This document shows positions 41,301 to 53,153 of a stretch of DNA of 64,000 bases, one piece after another. The notes beneath the pieces are model-generated. The model searched no databases. It was not told where the DNA came from and was given only the letters and a program-made list of their open reading frames with translations. The DNA comes from Flectonema sp. DT1601 (lineage: Eukaryota): NCBI GenBank assembly GCA_964019425.1, contig OZ025785.1, forward strand, positions 1 to 64,000, given 5' to 3'. The translations under genes and the position numbers were made by a program. Positions within the stretch are counted from its first letter, which is position 1; each line of letters starts with the position of its first letter.

Positions 41301-41882
41301 AAATGCACCTGAGATGTCAAAGAACAGCAAAACCCCACATCTGTTAAAATCGCTTCTTACTTCGGATGCTGCATTTGTTAAGACTGCAATGTTTTCTTCA
41401 GTAGTCCTGCCTGGGACGAAACCAGCTTGATTGGGGTCAAGGTTACCTTCCAAAATGTGCTCCAGCCGCCGGAGGATCAGAGATTCAATGAATTTAGCCA
41501 CAGTTGATGTCATCGAAATAGGACGGTACGACGATGGTTCCACTGGATCTTTTCCATTCCCTTTGAGAAATGGAATTACGTTTGCTTCTTTAAAACAATC
41601 TGGCAGAATGCCGCGCTGTAGTGACCAGTTGGCAATCCTGAGTAGGACCTCCTTCATCCCGGTTCCTAAGTGTAGAATCATGTTATTCGTGATTGCGTCA
41701 GGTCCCGCACTATCGGTCTTCCTGAGCGAGTGGAGAACGGCCTGGGCTTCTTCCAAAGAGAAGGGTTTACACTCAGGGATTTCGAGGTCTTCTGGTTTTA
41801 CTGTTGGGGACTGTGATCTGCCTACATCGTTACTTGAGGGGAAAAAACGTTCCAACAGCGTCTTCAGCGGGGCTTGTGGTTT
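38374..41882 (-). mobile_element. 5'-truncated Ingi/I-group non-LTR retrotransposon (RT + RNase H + zinc finger) with a (CTAA)n tail
   Basis: 3509-bp insert in the array spacer; tail reads gttagttagttagttag on + at 38374-38390; 187-bp flanking duplication at 38187-38373 and 41883-42069; no APE domain present. Confidence 0.92.
38820..41882 (-). CDS. Reverse transcriptase-RNase H ORF of the Ingi-like element (5'-truncated; in frame with a spacer ATG at 42104)
   Basis: SAGPDAI, YRPISMTS, QAGF, DISGAFD, GVPQGSILGP, YADD (~41057-41046), YLGV. RNase H residues YTDAS, NAE, ISDS, SHCGVIGNELAD. CQFC..H...C. Confidence 0.9.
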   Translation of the reverse strand, partial: KPQAPLKTLLERFFPSSNDVGRSQSPTVKPEDLEIPECKPFSLEEAQAVLHSLRKTDSAGPDAITNNMILHLGTGMKEVLLRIANWSLQRGILPDCFKEANVIPFLKGNGKDPVEPSSYRPISMTSTVAKFIESLILRRLEHILEGNLDPNQAGFVPGRTTEENIAVLTNAASEVRSDFNRCGVLLFFDISGAFDNVNHNKLIARLKPLLPLPFVRWISDFLTHRSARLQYGESFSKRVKCNKGVPQGSILGPLLFRLYVNSLPQSIKSADLKLLYADDLSIFVSSTKVGDLEDKANEAIRQVEGWLVDSEMSLSIEKTEFLAIGTRFDPGRGLCRFPRLYLPSTIKLESISSPMDLLDDLDIGPGAQLNRDGGTTFPLTVNGRKVSTRSEFRSRVSKKALTMTTAKPLRRVEQARYLGVLIDDRLSFIPQLNKMESTLKRGIGLLKMISSFRIKTETLRQLVNGLVLARAFHGLAAYAPFLREKSWTHVSTVHRKLMLRLTGCSQSASTSAVSVESDILPFQQHLTKSLALCYERFQRYNDNLPTWGLFKGNKEETPWEASASRSSRRYPTPRLRSQMYLQHYQAPWLTPPNVTIIPNRDFRKSQDSGLNLKFAIASLESLPPAVARVYTDASYFEDKDGNYHCGNAAVLVVRNKCYKKQQRYHPSLMIYNAEQRALISALDLIRENSARLPYGRVHVISDSQSSLSSLAKGYLCQSSRTNSEIFKLISSLNRPISVQFVPSHCGVIGNELADNLASKAAASDLPLTEVEFDYRMAQCSIISQVRREWLRSRDTMHVHCLATSAGRVQKFHPEISREDEVSIAQIRTGHHKLVKLPGLGLTDCQFCDHTETDAHHLLSKCKGVSPIVRKFFPILPIDNTENVGQHHHTFFETDNQPFLAAMLKELNIYLMSFPLRVAIPRQKLLWHLNRYSKLPKLSPNDTTEVMQAITQAYDCTDIKEIHEHLWTVELYCYLGIVGTQFTDLLNKIHYADYKRIDPKWFDHRVRGPPTRSYIDISLGM

Positions 41883-43280
41883 TGGAAACCACCTGAAGAA
41901 TATCAGCGTGTGATGAATTAAAACTCCGACTTCGATACCATTGTACACAAGAGACACCAGGCAGCTGCAGTACTCGAATTGAATGCTCAACTCGATTCTA
42001 ATATTTCTTTCTTTGTGTCCCAACTCATATGAAGGCAGCTGTACTGTCCTTGGCTGTTGAAGTAAACAAACAATTACACAACTCACAAAAGGGATGAATA
42101 ACATATCAACGGGAAGCTGTGTCCTGACTTCACTAAATTAATACATTTTGTTTTCTCCTGTTGTAGTGATTCTTTGATTGTCTCACAGGCTGCTTCCTGA
42201 AACGAAAAACTACAAATCCCAATTCCCTCTCTTCATTTCTTTTAGTTCTTTCTTCTTTTTTTTTTTTATTTGTTTTTCTTTTTTTGAACCAAAACGAGGG
42301 TTTATATCTTCGTTGTGGCATAACAATCCACTACTGGTATTCCCCAAATGCAAATATTTTGAAGAAATATATAAAAATATTTATTATAGTGAGCGCCGCA
42401 TAGAATATTACTTTTGTTGTTTGTACATTATACGTTTTTATATTTTGTTTTTGGTTTCTCTCTTGCTCTTCCCGCACACTCTCTCTCCTCTCTCTCTCTC
42501 TCTTTTCTTTAGAAAGCAGTAATAAAAATAGACAAAGAAAGAAATTCTGTATTGGCTTTATTTGAGTTTACGTTTTTTTTTAATTTTTGGTAACCGTATA
42601 TCAGTGCATACTCATAATGACTGCAGCATCCCAACAGGAACTACAAACATTGTTAAGGAGAAAGAACAAAACAAAACACAGCAGGTGTGGGAGAATAGTC
42701 GTAGAGTGGGAGAACTTCTCTCACAAGAAGGGTTTGTCACCTAAATCCTCACAACTACCACCTGTAAAATTAAATCAGAACATTTTTCTTTTTTATAAAA
42801 TGATTGTTAATCTGTACTTTACTTTATAGGCTTGTTTCCGTTTGCGTATAAAACAACGACAACGATTACAGTATCTTATTCTCTTGTTGAATGGGATAGG
42901 AATAACACAAAAATATCTTTTTCTTCTTTTCAAAGGTGCGCATGCGTGTTGTTTAAAAAAAAGAATTGGCTTTATCTTCAACTATACAGAAAATAATGAT
43001 AACACTGATTTGTTTGTTTGTGCACGAAACCGTGAACCGACTTAAACTGATAAAGCTAAAGGAGGTTTACGTGTGCTGCCAACATTCTTTTTCGTTCTTA
43101 CAATACTTGTTAAATGCAAAAAAAAAAAAAAAAGAGAAAACCATGCTGAGTGCAGGATTTCAGGTCTTTTAGAGGATGAAGCAGCGAGTCCTTTAAAATC
43201 ATTCCAACGACATCACTGCAATCTTTCAATCCCTTGAAATCTTTCTCAGTCAGTTTGGTATGAAACAAATAATTTTAGAG

Positions 43281-45068
43281 TTACTTTCTCATTGCGCTTA
43301 TCTCCATTCGCGCAACTTCACTACAGGAAGACAAGTCTACGCTAGTCAGAGACTTTGAATTACTCAAGAATCCATATCTTCCAATTTTAGTCAGCTTCTT
43401 CAAACCGGAAACATCGATGGAGGTGAGGGACTCACAGTTACTAATAAAGTTACTGTCAACACTCCTAACGTCTATCCAGGAAGACAAGTCTACGCTAGTC
43501 AGAGACTTTGAATTATGCAAGAATGAATATCCTATTGTAGTCAGCTTCCGAAAACCGGAAACATCGATGGAGGTGAGGGACTCACAGTTACTAATAAAGT
43601 TACTGCCAACACTCCTAACGTCTATCCAGGAAGACAAGTCTACGCTAGTCAGAGACTTTGAATTATACAAGAAAAAACTTCTTATTGAAGTCAACTTTTG
43701 AAAACCGGAAACATCGATGGAGGTGAGGGACTCACAGTTACTAATAAAGGCATCGCCAACACTCGTTACTTCACTCAAGGAAGACAAATCCACGCTAGTC
43801 AGAGACTTTGAATGATCTAAGAATGCATGTCCTACTGTAGTCAACTTCTGAAGACCTGAAACATCGATGGAGGTGAGAGACCCACAGCTAATAATAAACC
43901 AATCGCCAATGCACGTTACTTCACTCAAGGAAGACAAATCCACGCTAGTCAGAGACTTTGATTTATGCAAGAATCCTTTTGCTATTTTAGTCAGCTTCTG
44001 AAAACCGGAAACATCGATGGAGGTGAGGGACTCACAGTTGCTAACAAAGTAATCGCTAATGCTCGTTACTTCCCTCAGACAGGATAAATTAACGTGAGTC
44101 AGAGACTTCGAGTTGCTCAAGAAGTAGCTGGGGATGATCGTCACATTGTGCAAAGAAGTGAAATCGATTGACGTCAGCGAGTCACAACCGTCTGACAGGA
44201 ACTCTTGCTCAAATGCAGTGCAACGGCTGCAGTTGGTGAATGACAACCGCCGGATGCAAGACGGAAGCATCTTAACACAATCACTAGAAAGGGTGCCTTC
44301 ATCGTCGATATATTCTGAGGCATCGAAGACACACAACATGTCGGGATTTAGTCCGAACAAATTGTCAATTCGAGTACGAAGATGTGAAGTCTTCAACTCC
44401 TCCGCAGTCACAACACGTTCAGACCTCTTGTATATTCTTTTCACAGTACCCCAGTTGTTCGAATCTTCCAGCTCACGGAGGATCTCGGCACCCCATGAGG
44501 TGTTGTCAAATTGGGATTTGACTTTTTCCTTCCCCGAGGAGGAGAGTCTCGGCCAGTCCAGCAGCAGGAAGAGTTCCTTCCTGAGTTGGGGTGAGACACC
44601 CTCCTCTGTTTCACCCATGCCCAAGTAACCAATTTGAAGTGTGTTGAAATACTCATCCTCGTTCAGCATCCGAGGGAAGCAGGTGGACGAGAATACATTC
44701 CTCAGGTCATCTTCGACCAACTCCAACTTCCCGTCCCCCTTGAGATCAGCTTTAACAAACCCGATATCGGCACACTTCATGTCAGGATGCAAGGAAAGGG
44801 TTCCCAGTAATCGCGAGCTTCCTTCCACCAACTTCGCCGACTCCTTCTCCCTCGCCACCCGGTGTACTTCCTTGTACGTCGTCAATTCAGTCGCAGCCTC
44901 AGCATCCGTCATTCCATCCATGATCTCCTCCGACGATCTGAGAACGTCAGAAAAGCTGTCCATCAGCGCCCCCGACTCCTCCTTCCGACTCACCACTTCC
45001 ACGAGCAGCTTCGCCATGAACCTCTGATGGCTCCTCAAAACAGAGGACAGGGAATCGACAGTTGTCAT
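43281..45068 (-). CDS. LRR protein, 595 aa (tandem copy 4, variant VSPQ..SSSGKEKV)
   Basis: Intact ORF; differs from copies 1-3 in a short N-terminal tract. Confidence 0.88.
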   Translation of the reverse strand: MTTVDSLSSVLRSHQRFMAKLLVEVVSRKEESGALMDSFSDVLRSSEEIMDGMTDAEAATELTTYKEVHRVAREKESAKLVEGSSRLLGTLSLHPDMKCADIGFVKADLKGDGKLELVEDDLRNVFSSTCFPRMLNEDEYFNTLQIGYLGMGETEEGVSPQLRKELFLLLDWPRLSSSGKEKVKSQFDNTSWGAEILRELEDSNNWGTVKRIYKRSERVVTAEELKTSHLRTRIDNLFGLNPDMLCVFDASEYIDDEGTLSSDCVKMLPSCIRRLSFTNCSRCTAFEQEFLSDGCDSLTSIDFTSLHNVTIIPSYFLSNSKSLTHVNLSCLREVTSISDYFVSNCESLTSIDVSGFQKLTKIAKGFLHKSKSLTSVDLSSLSEVTCIGDWFIISCGSLTSIDVSGLQKLTTVGHAFLDHSKSLTSVDLSSLSEVTSVGDAFISNCESLTSIDVSGFQKLTSIRSFFLYNSKSLTSVDLSSWIDVRSVGSNFISNCESLTSIDVSGFRKLTTIGYSFLHNSKSLTSVDLSSWIDVRSVDSNFISNCESLTSIDVSGLKKLTKIGRYGFLSNSKSLTSVDLSSCSEVARMEISAMRK

Positions 45069-46571
45069 TATTTTAAACTGGATGAGTTTCTGGTGATGAA
45101 GAATTAATTCAAGATGCGTAACTTCAATTCAAGAATGAAGGAAAACTGCTTGTGAGTCAACTTCCCACTTGTCTGGAAACCACCTGAAGAATATCAGCGT
45201 GTGATGAATTAAAACTCCGACTTCGATACCATTGTACACAAGAGACACCAGGCAGCTGCAGTACTCGAATTGAATGCTCAACTCGATTCTAATATTTCTT
45301 TCTTTGTGTCCCAACTCATATGAAGGCAGCTGTACTGTCCTTGGCTGTTGAAGTAAACAAACAATTACACAACTCACAAAAGGGATGAATAACATATCAA
45401 CGGGAAGCTGTGTCCTGACTTCACTAAATTAATACATTTTGTTTTCTCCTGTTGTAGTGATTCTTTGATTGTCTCACAGGCTGCTTCCTGAAACGAAAAA
45501 CTACAAATCCCAATTCCCTCTCTTCATTTCTTTTAGTTCTTTCTTCTTTTTTTTTTTTATTTGTTTTTCTTTTTTTGAACCAAAACGAGGGTTTATATCT
45601 TCGTTGTGGCATAACAATCCACTACTGGTATTCCCCAAATGCAAATATTTTGAAGAAATATATAAAAATATTTATTATAGTGAGCGCCGCATAGAATATT
45701 ACTTTTGTTGTTTGTACATTATACGTTTTTATATTTTGTTTTTGGTTTCTCTCTTGCTCTTCCCGCACACTCTCTCTCCTCTCTCTCTCTCTCTTTTCTT
45801 TAGAAAGCAGTAATAAAAATAGACAAAGAAAGAAATTCTGTATTGGCTTTATTTGAGTTTACGTTTTTTTTTAATTTTTGGTAACCGTATATCAGTGCAT
45901 ACTCATAATGACTGCAGCATCCCAACAGGAACTACAAACATTGTTAAGGAGAAAGAACAAAACAAAACACAGCAGGTGTGGGAGAATAGTCGTAGAGTGG
46001 GAGAACTTCTCTCACAAGAAGGGTTTGTCACCTAAATCCTCACAACTACCACCTGTAAAATTAAATCAGAACATTTTTCTTTTTTATAAAATGATTGTTA
46101 ATCTGTACTTTACTTTATAGGCTTGTTTCCGTTTGCGTATAAAACAACGACAACGATTACAGTATCTTATTCTCTTGTTGAATGGGATAGGAATAACACA
46201 AAAATATCTTTTTCTTCTTTTCAAAGGTGCGCATGCGTGTTGTTTAAAAAAAAGAATTGGCTTTATCTTCAACTATACAGAAAATAATGATAACACTGAT
46301 TTGTTTGTTTGTGCACGAAACCGTGAACCGACTTAAACTGATAAAGCTAAAGGAGGTTTACGTGTGCTGCCAACATTCTTTTTCGTTCTTACAATACTTG
46401 TTAAATGCAAAAAAAAAAAAAAAAGAGAAAACCATGCTGAGTGCAGGATTTCAGGTCTTTTAGAGGATGAAGCAGCGAGTCCTTTAAAATCATTCCAACG
46501 ACATCACTGCAATCTTTCAATCCCTTGAAATCTTTCTCAGTCAGTTTGGTATGAAACAAATAATTTTAGAG

Positions 46572-48359
46572 TTACTTTCTCATTGCGCTTATCTCCATTC
46601 GCGCAACTTCACTACAGGAAGACAAGTCTACGCTAGTCAGAGACTTTGAATTACTCAAGAATCCATATCTTCCAATTTTAGTCAGCTTCTTCAAACCGGA
46701 AACATCGATGGAGGTGAGGGACTCACAGTTACTAATAAAGTTACTGTCAACACTCCTAACGTCTATCCAGGAAGACAAGTCTACGCTAGTCAGAGACTTT
46801 GAATTATGCAAGAATGAATATCCTATTGTAGTCAGCTTCCGAAAACCGGAAACATCGATGGAGGTGAGGGACTCACAGTTACTAATAAAGTTACTGCCAA
46901 CACTCCTAACGTCTATCCAGGAAGACAAGTCTACGCTAGTCAGAGACTTTGAATTATACAAGAAAAAACTTCTTATTGAAGTCAACTTTTGAAAACCGGA
47001 AACATCGATGGAGGTGAGGGACTCACAGTTACTAATAAAGGCATCGCCAACACTCGTTACTTCACTCAAGGAAGACAAATCCACGCTAGTCAGAGACTTT
47101 GAATGATCTAAGAATGCATGTCCTACTGTAGTCAACTTCTGAAGACCTGAAACATCGATGGAGGTGAGAGACCCACAGCTAATAATAAACCAATCGCCAA
47201 TGCACGTTACTTCACTCAAGGAAGACAAATCCACGCTAGTCAGAGACTTTGATTTATGCAAGAATCCTTTTGCTATTTTAGTCAGCTTCTGAAAACCGGA
47301 AACATCGATGGAGGTGAGGGACTCACAGTTGCTAACAAAGTAATCGCTAATGCTCGTTACTTCCCTCAGACAGGATAAATTAACGTGAGTCAGAGACTTC
47401 GAGTTGCTCAAGAAGTAGCTGGGGATGATCGTCACATTGTGCAAAGAAGTGAAATCGATTGACGTCAGCGAGTCACAACCGTCTGACAGGAACTCTTGCT
47501 CAAATGCAGTGCAACGGCTGCAGTTGGTGAATGACAACCGCCGGATGCAAGACGGAAGCATCTTAACACAATCACTAGAAAGGGTGCCTTCATCGTCGAT
47601 ATATTCTGAGGCATCGAAGACACACAACATGTCGGGATTTAGTCCGAACAAATTGTCAATTCGAGTACGAAGATGTGAAGTCTTCAACTCCTCCGCAGTC
47701 ACAACACGTTCAGACCTCTTGTATATTCTTTTCACAGTACCCCAGTTGTTCGAATCTTCCAGCTCACGGAGGATCTCGGCACCCCATGAGGTGTTGTCAA
47801 ATTGGGATTTGACTTTTTCCTTCCCCGAGGAGGAGAGTCTCGGCCAGTCCAGCAGCAGGAAGAGTTCCTTCCTGAGTTGGGGTGAGACACCCTCCTCTGT
47901 TTCACCCATGCCCAAGTAACCAATTTGAAGTGTGTTGAAATACTCATCCTCGTTCAGCATCCGAGGGAAGCAGGTGGACGAGAATACATTCCTCAGGTCA
48001 TCTTCGACCAACTCCAACTTCCCGTCCCCCTTGAGATCAGCTTTAACAAACCCGATATCGGCACACTTCATGTCAGGATGCAAGGAAAGGGTTCCCAGTA
48101 ATCGCGAGCTTCCTTCCACCAGCTTCGCCGACTCCTTCTCCCTCGCCACCCGGTGTACTTCCTTGTACGTCGTCAATTCAGTCGCAGCCTCAGCATCCGT
48201 CATTCCATCCATGATCTCCTCCGACGATCTGAGAACGTCAGAAAAGCTGTCCATCAGCGCCCCCGACTCCTCCTTCCGACTCACCACTTCCACGAGCAGC
48301 TTCGCCATGAACCTCTGATGGCTCCTCAAAACAGAGGACAGGGAATCGACAGTTGTCAT
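46572..48359 (-). CDS. LRR protein, 595 aa (tandem copy 5)
   Basis: Same protein as copy 4. Confidence 0.88.
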   Translation of the reverse strand: MTTVDSLSSVLRSHQRFMAKLLVEVVSRKEESGALMDSFSDVLRSSEEIMDGMTDAEAATELTTYKEVHRVAREKESAKLVEGSSRLLGTLSLHPDMKCADIGFVKADLKGDGKLELVEDDLRNVFSSTCFPRMLNEDEYFNTLQIGYLGMGETEEGVSPQLRKELFLLLDWPRLSSSGKEKVKSQFDNTSWGAEILRELEDSNNWGTVKRIYKRSERVVTAEELKTSHLRTRIDNLFGLNPDMLCVFDASEYIDDEGTLSSDCVKMLPSCIRRLSFTNCSRCTAFEQEFLSDGCDSLTSIDFTSLHNVTIIPSYFLSNSKSLTHVNLSCLREVTSISDYFVSNCESLTSIDVSGFQKLTKIAKGFLHKSKSLTSVDLSSLSEVTCIGDWFIISCGSLTSIDVSGLQKLTTVGHAFLDHSKSLTSVDLSSLSEVTSVGDAFISNCESLTSIDVSGFQKLTSIRSFFLYNSKSLTSVDLSSWIDVRSVGSNFISNCESLTSIDVSGFRKLTTIGYSFLHNSKSLTSVDLSSWIDVRSVDSNFISNCESLTSIDVSGLKKLTKIGRYGFLSNSKSLTSVDLSSCSEVARMEISAMRK

Positions 48360-49862
48360 TATTTTAAACTGGATGAGTTTCTGGTGATGAAGAATTAATT
48401 CAAGATGCGTAACTTCAATTCAAGAATGAAGGAAAACTGCTTGTGAGTCAACTTCCCACTTGTCTGGAAACCACCTGAAGAATATCAGCGTGTGATGAAT
48501 TAAAACTCCGACTTCGATACCATTGTACACAAGAGACACCAGGCAGCTGCAGTACTCGAATTGAATGCTCAACTCGATTCTAATATTTCTTTCTTTGTGT
48601 CCCAACTCATATGAAGGCAGCTGTACTGTCCTTGGCTGTTGAAGTAAACAAACAATTACACAACTCACAAAAGGGATGAATAACATATCAACGGGAAGCT
48701 GTGTCCTGACTTCACTAAATTAATACATTTTGTTTTCTCCTGTTGTAGTGATTCTTTGATTGTCTCACAGGCTGCTTCCTGAAACGAAAAACTACAAATC
48801 CCAATTCCCTCTCTTCATTTCTTTTAGTTCTTTCTTCTTTTTTTTTTTTATTTGTTTTTCTTTTTTTGAACCAAAACGAGGGTTTATATCTTCGTTGTGG
48901 CATAACAATCCACTACTGGTATTCCCCAAATGCAAATATTTTGAAGAAATATATAAAAATATTTATTATAGTGAGCGCCGCATAGAATATTACTTTTGTT
49001 GTTTGTACATTATACGTTTTTATATTTTGTTTTTGGTTTCTCTCTTGCTCTTCCCGCACACTCTCTCTCCTCTCTCTCTCTCTCTTTTCTTTAGAAAGCA
49101 GTAATAAAAATAGACAAAGAAAGAAATTCTGTATTGGCTTTATTTGAGTTTACGTTTTTTTTTAATTTTTGGTAACCGTATATCAGTGCATACTCATAAT
49201 GACTGCAGCATCCCAACAGGAACTACAAACATTGTTAAGGAGAAAGAACAAAACAAAACACAGCAGGTGTGGGAGAATAGTCGTAGAGTGGGAGAACTTC
49301 TCTCACAAGAAGGGTTTGTCACCTAAATCCTCACAACTACCACCTGTAAAATTAAATCAGAACATTTTTCTTTTTTATAAAATGATTGTTAATCTGTACT
49401 TTACTTTATAGGCTTGTTTCCGTTTGCGTATAAAACAACGACAACGATTACAGTATCTTATTCTCTTGTTGAATGGGATAGGAATAACACAAAAATATCT
49501 TTTTCTTCTTTTCAAAGGTGCGCATGCGTGTTGTTTAAAAAAAAGAATTGGCTTTATCTTCAACTATACAGAAAATAATGATAACACTGATTTGTTTGTT
49601 TGTGCACGAAACCGTGAACCGACTTAAACTGATAAAGCTAAAGGAGGTTTACGTGTGCTGCCAACATTCTTTTTCGTTCTTACAATACTTGTTAAATGCA
49701 AAAAAAAAAAAAAAAGAGAAAACCATGCTGAGTGCAGGATTTCAGGTCTTTTAGAGGATGAAGCAGCGAGTCCTTTAAAATCATTCCAACGACATCACTG
49801 CAATCTTTCAATCCCTTGAAATCTTTCTCAGTCAGTTTGGTATGAAACAAATAATTTTAGAG

Positions 49863-51650
49863 TTACTTTCTCATTGCGCTTATCTCCATTCGCGCAACTT
49901 CACTACAGGAAGACAAGTCTACGCTAGTCAGAGACTTTGAATTACTCAAGAATCCATATCTTCCAATTTTAGTCAGCTTCTTCAAACCGGAAACATCGAT
50001 GGAGGTGAGGGACTCACAGTTACTAATAAAGTTACTGTCAACACTCCTAACGTCTATCCAGGAAGACAAGTCTACGCTAGTCAGAGACTTTGAATTATGC
50101 AAGAATGAATATCCTATTGTAGTCAGCTTCCGAAAACCGGAAACATCGATGGAGGTGAGGGACTCACAGTTACTAATAAAGTTACTGCCAACACTCCTAA
50201 CGTCTATCCAGGAAGACAAGTCTACGCTAGTCAGAGACTTTGAATTATACAAGAAAAAACTTCTTATTGAAGTCAACTTTTGAAAACCGGAAACATCGAT
50301 GGAGGTGAGGGACTCACAGTTACTAATAAAGGCATCGCCAACACTCGTTACTTCACTCAAGGAAGACAAATCCACGCTAGTCAGAGACTTTGAATGATCT
50401 AAGAATGCATGTCCTACTGTAGTCAACTTCTGAAGACCTGAAACATCGATGGAGGTGAGAGACCCACAGCTAATAATAAACCAATCGCCAATGCACGTTA
50501 CTTCACTCAAGGAAGACAAATCCACGCTAGTCAGAGACTTTGATTTATGCAAGAATCCTTTTGCTATTTTAGTCAGTTTCTGAAAACCGGAAACATCGAT
50601 GGAGGTGAGGGACTCACAGTTGCTAACAAAGTAATCGCTAATGCTCGTTACTTCCCTCAGACAGGATAAATTAACGTGAGTCAGAGACTTCGAGTTGCTC
50701 AAGAAGTAGCTGGGGATGATCGTCACATTGTGCAAAGAAGTGAAATCGATTGACGTCAGCGAGTCACAACCGTCTGACAGGAACTCTTGCTCAAATGCAG
50801 TGCAACGGCTGCAGTTGGTGAATGACAACCGCCGGATGCAAGACGGAAGCATCTTAACACAATCACTAGAAAGGGTGCCTTCATCGTCGATATATTCTGA
50901 GGCATCGAAGACACACAACATGTCGGGATTTAGTCCGAACAAATTGTCAATTCGAGTACGAAGATGTGAAGTCTTCAACTCCTCCGCAGTCACAACACGT
51001 TCAGACCTCTTGTATATTCTTTTCACAGTACCCCAGTTGTTCGAATCTTCCAGCTCACGGAGGATCTCGGCACCCCATGAGGTGTTGTCAAATTGGGATT
51101 TGACTTTTTCCTTCCCCGAGGAGGAGAGTCTCGGCCAGTCCAGCAGCAGGAAGAGTTCCTTCCTGAGTTGGGGTGAGACACCCTCCTCTGTTTCACCCAT
51201 GCCCAAGTAACCAATTTGAAGTGTGTTGAAATACTCATCCTCGTTCAGCATCCGAGGGAAGCAGGTGGACGAGAATACATTCCTCAGGTCATCTTCGACC
51301 AACTCCAACTTCCCGTCCCCCTTGAGATCAGCTTTAACAAACCCGATATCGGCACACTTCATGTCAGGATGCAAGGAAAGGGTTCCCAGTAATCGCGAGC
51401 TTCCTTCCACCAGCTTCGCCGACTCCTTCTCCCTCGCCACCCGGTGTACTTCCTTGTACGTCGTCAATTCAGTCGCAGCCTCAGCATCCGTCATTCCATC
51501 CATGATCTCCTCCGACGATCTGAGAACGTCAGAAAAGCTGTCCATCAGCGCCCCCGACTCCTCCTTCCGACTCACCACTTCCACGAGCAGCTTCGCCATG
51601 AACCTCTGATGGCTCCTCAAAACAGAGGACAGGGAATCGACAGTTGTCAT
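49863..51650 (-). CDS. LRR protein, 595 aa (tandem copy 6)
   Basis: Same protein as copy 4. Confidence 0.88.
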   Translation of the reverse strand: MTTVDSLSSVLRSHQRFMAKLLVEVVSRKEESGALMDSFSDVLRSSEEIMDGMTDAEAATELTTYKEVHRVAREKESAKLVEGSSRLLGTLSLHPDMKCADIGFVKADLKGDGKLELVEDDLRNVFSSTCFPRMLNEDEYFNTLQIGYLGMGETEEGVSPQLRKELFLLLDWPRLSSSGKEKVKSQFDNTSWGAEILRELEDSNNWGTVKRIYKRSERVVTAEELKTSHLRTRIDNLFGLNPDMLCVFDASEYIDDEGTLSSDCVKMLPSCIRRLSFTNCSRCTAFEQEFLSDGCDSLTSIDFTSLHNVTIIPSYFLSNSKSLTHVNLSCLREVTSISDYFVSNCESLTSIDVSGFQKLTKIAKGFLHKSKSLTSVDLSSLSEVTCIGDWFIISCGSLTSIDVSGLQKLTTVGHAFLDHSKSLTSVDLSSLSEVTSVGDAFISNCESLTSIDVSGFQKLTSIRSFFLYNSKSLTSVDLSSWIDVRSVGSNFISNCESLTSIDVSGFRKLTTIGYSFLHNSKSLTSVDLSSWIDVRSVDSNFISNCESLTSIDVSGLKKLTKIGRYGFLSNSKSLTSVDLSSCSEVARMEISAMRK

Positions 51651-53153
51651 TATTTTAAACTGGATGAGTTTCTGGTGATGAAGAATTAATTCAAGATGCG
51701 TAACTTCAATTCAAGAATGAAGGAAAACTGCTTGTGAGTCAACTTCCCACTTGTCTGGAAACCACCTGAAGAATATCAGCGTGTGATGAATTAAAACTCC
51801 GACTTCGATACCATTGTACACAAGAGACACCAGGCAGCTGCAGTACTCGAATTGAATGCTCAACTCGATTCTAATATTTCTTTCTTTGTGTCCCAACTCA
51901 TATGAAGGCAGCTGTACTGTCCTTGGCTGTTGAAGTAAACAAACAATTACACAACTCACAAAAGGGATGAATAACATATCAACGGGAAGCTGTGTCCTGA
52001 CTTCACTAAATTAATACATTTTGTTTTCTCCTGTTGTAGTGATTCTTTGATTGTCTCACAGGCTGCTTCCTGAAACGAAAAACTACAAATCCCAATTCCC
52101 TCTCTTCATTTCTTTTAGTTCTTTCTTCTTTTTTTTTTTTATTTGTTTTTCTTTTTTTGAACCAAAACGAGGGTTTATATCTTCGTTGTGGCATAACAAT
52201 CCACTACTGGTATTCCCCAAATGCAAATATTTTGAAGAAATATATAAAAATATTTATTATAGTGAGCGCCGCATAGAATATTACTTTTGTTGTTTGTACA
52301 TTATACGTTTTTATATTTTGTTTTTGGTTTCTCTCTTGCTCTTCCCGCACACTCTCTCTCCTCTCTCTCTCTCTCTTTTCTTTAGAAAGCAGTAATAAAA
52401 ATAGACAAAGAAAGAAATTCTGTATTGGCTTTATTTGAGTTTACGTTTTTTTTTAATTTTTGGTAACCGTATATCAGTGCATACTCATAATGACTGCAGC
52501 ATCCCAACAGGAACTACAAACATTGTTAAGGAGAAAGAACAAAACAAAACACAGCAGGTGTGGGAGAATAGTCGTAGAGTGGGAGAACTTCTCTCACAAG
52601 AAGGGTTTGTCACCTAAATCCTCACAACTACCACCTGTAAAATTAAATCAGAACATTTTTCTTTTTTATAAAATGATTGTTAATCTGTACTTTACTTTAT
52701 AGGCTTGTTTCCGTTTGCGTATAAAACAACGACAACGATTACAGTATCTTATTCTCTTGTTGAATGGGATAGGAATAACACAAAAATATCTTTTTCTTCT
52801 TTTCAAAGGTGCGCATGCGTGTTGTTTAAAAAAAAGAATTGGCTTTATCTTCAACTATACAGAAAATAATGATAACACTGATTTGTTTGTTTGTGCACGA
52901 AACCGTGAACCGACTTAAACTGATAAAGCTAAAGGAGGTTTACGTGTGCTGCCAACATTCTTTTTCGTTCTTACAATACTTGTTAAATGCAAAAAAAAAA
53001 AAAAAAGAGAAAACCATGCTGAGTGCAGGATTTCAGGTCTTTTAGAGGATGAAGCAGCGAGTCCTTTAAAATCATTCCAACGACATCACTGCAATCTTTC
53101 AATCCCTTGAAATCTTTCTCAGTCAGTTTGGTATGAAACAAATAATTTTAGAG

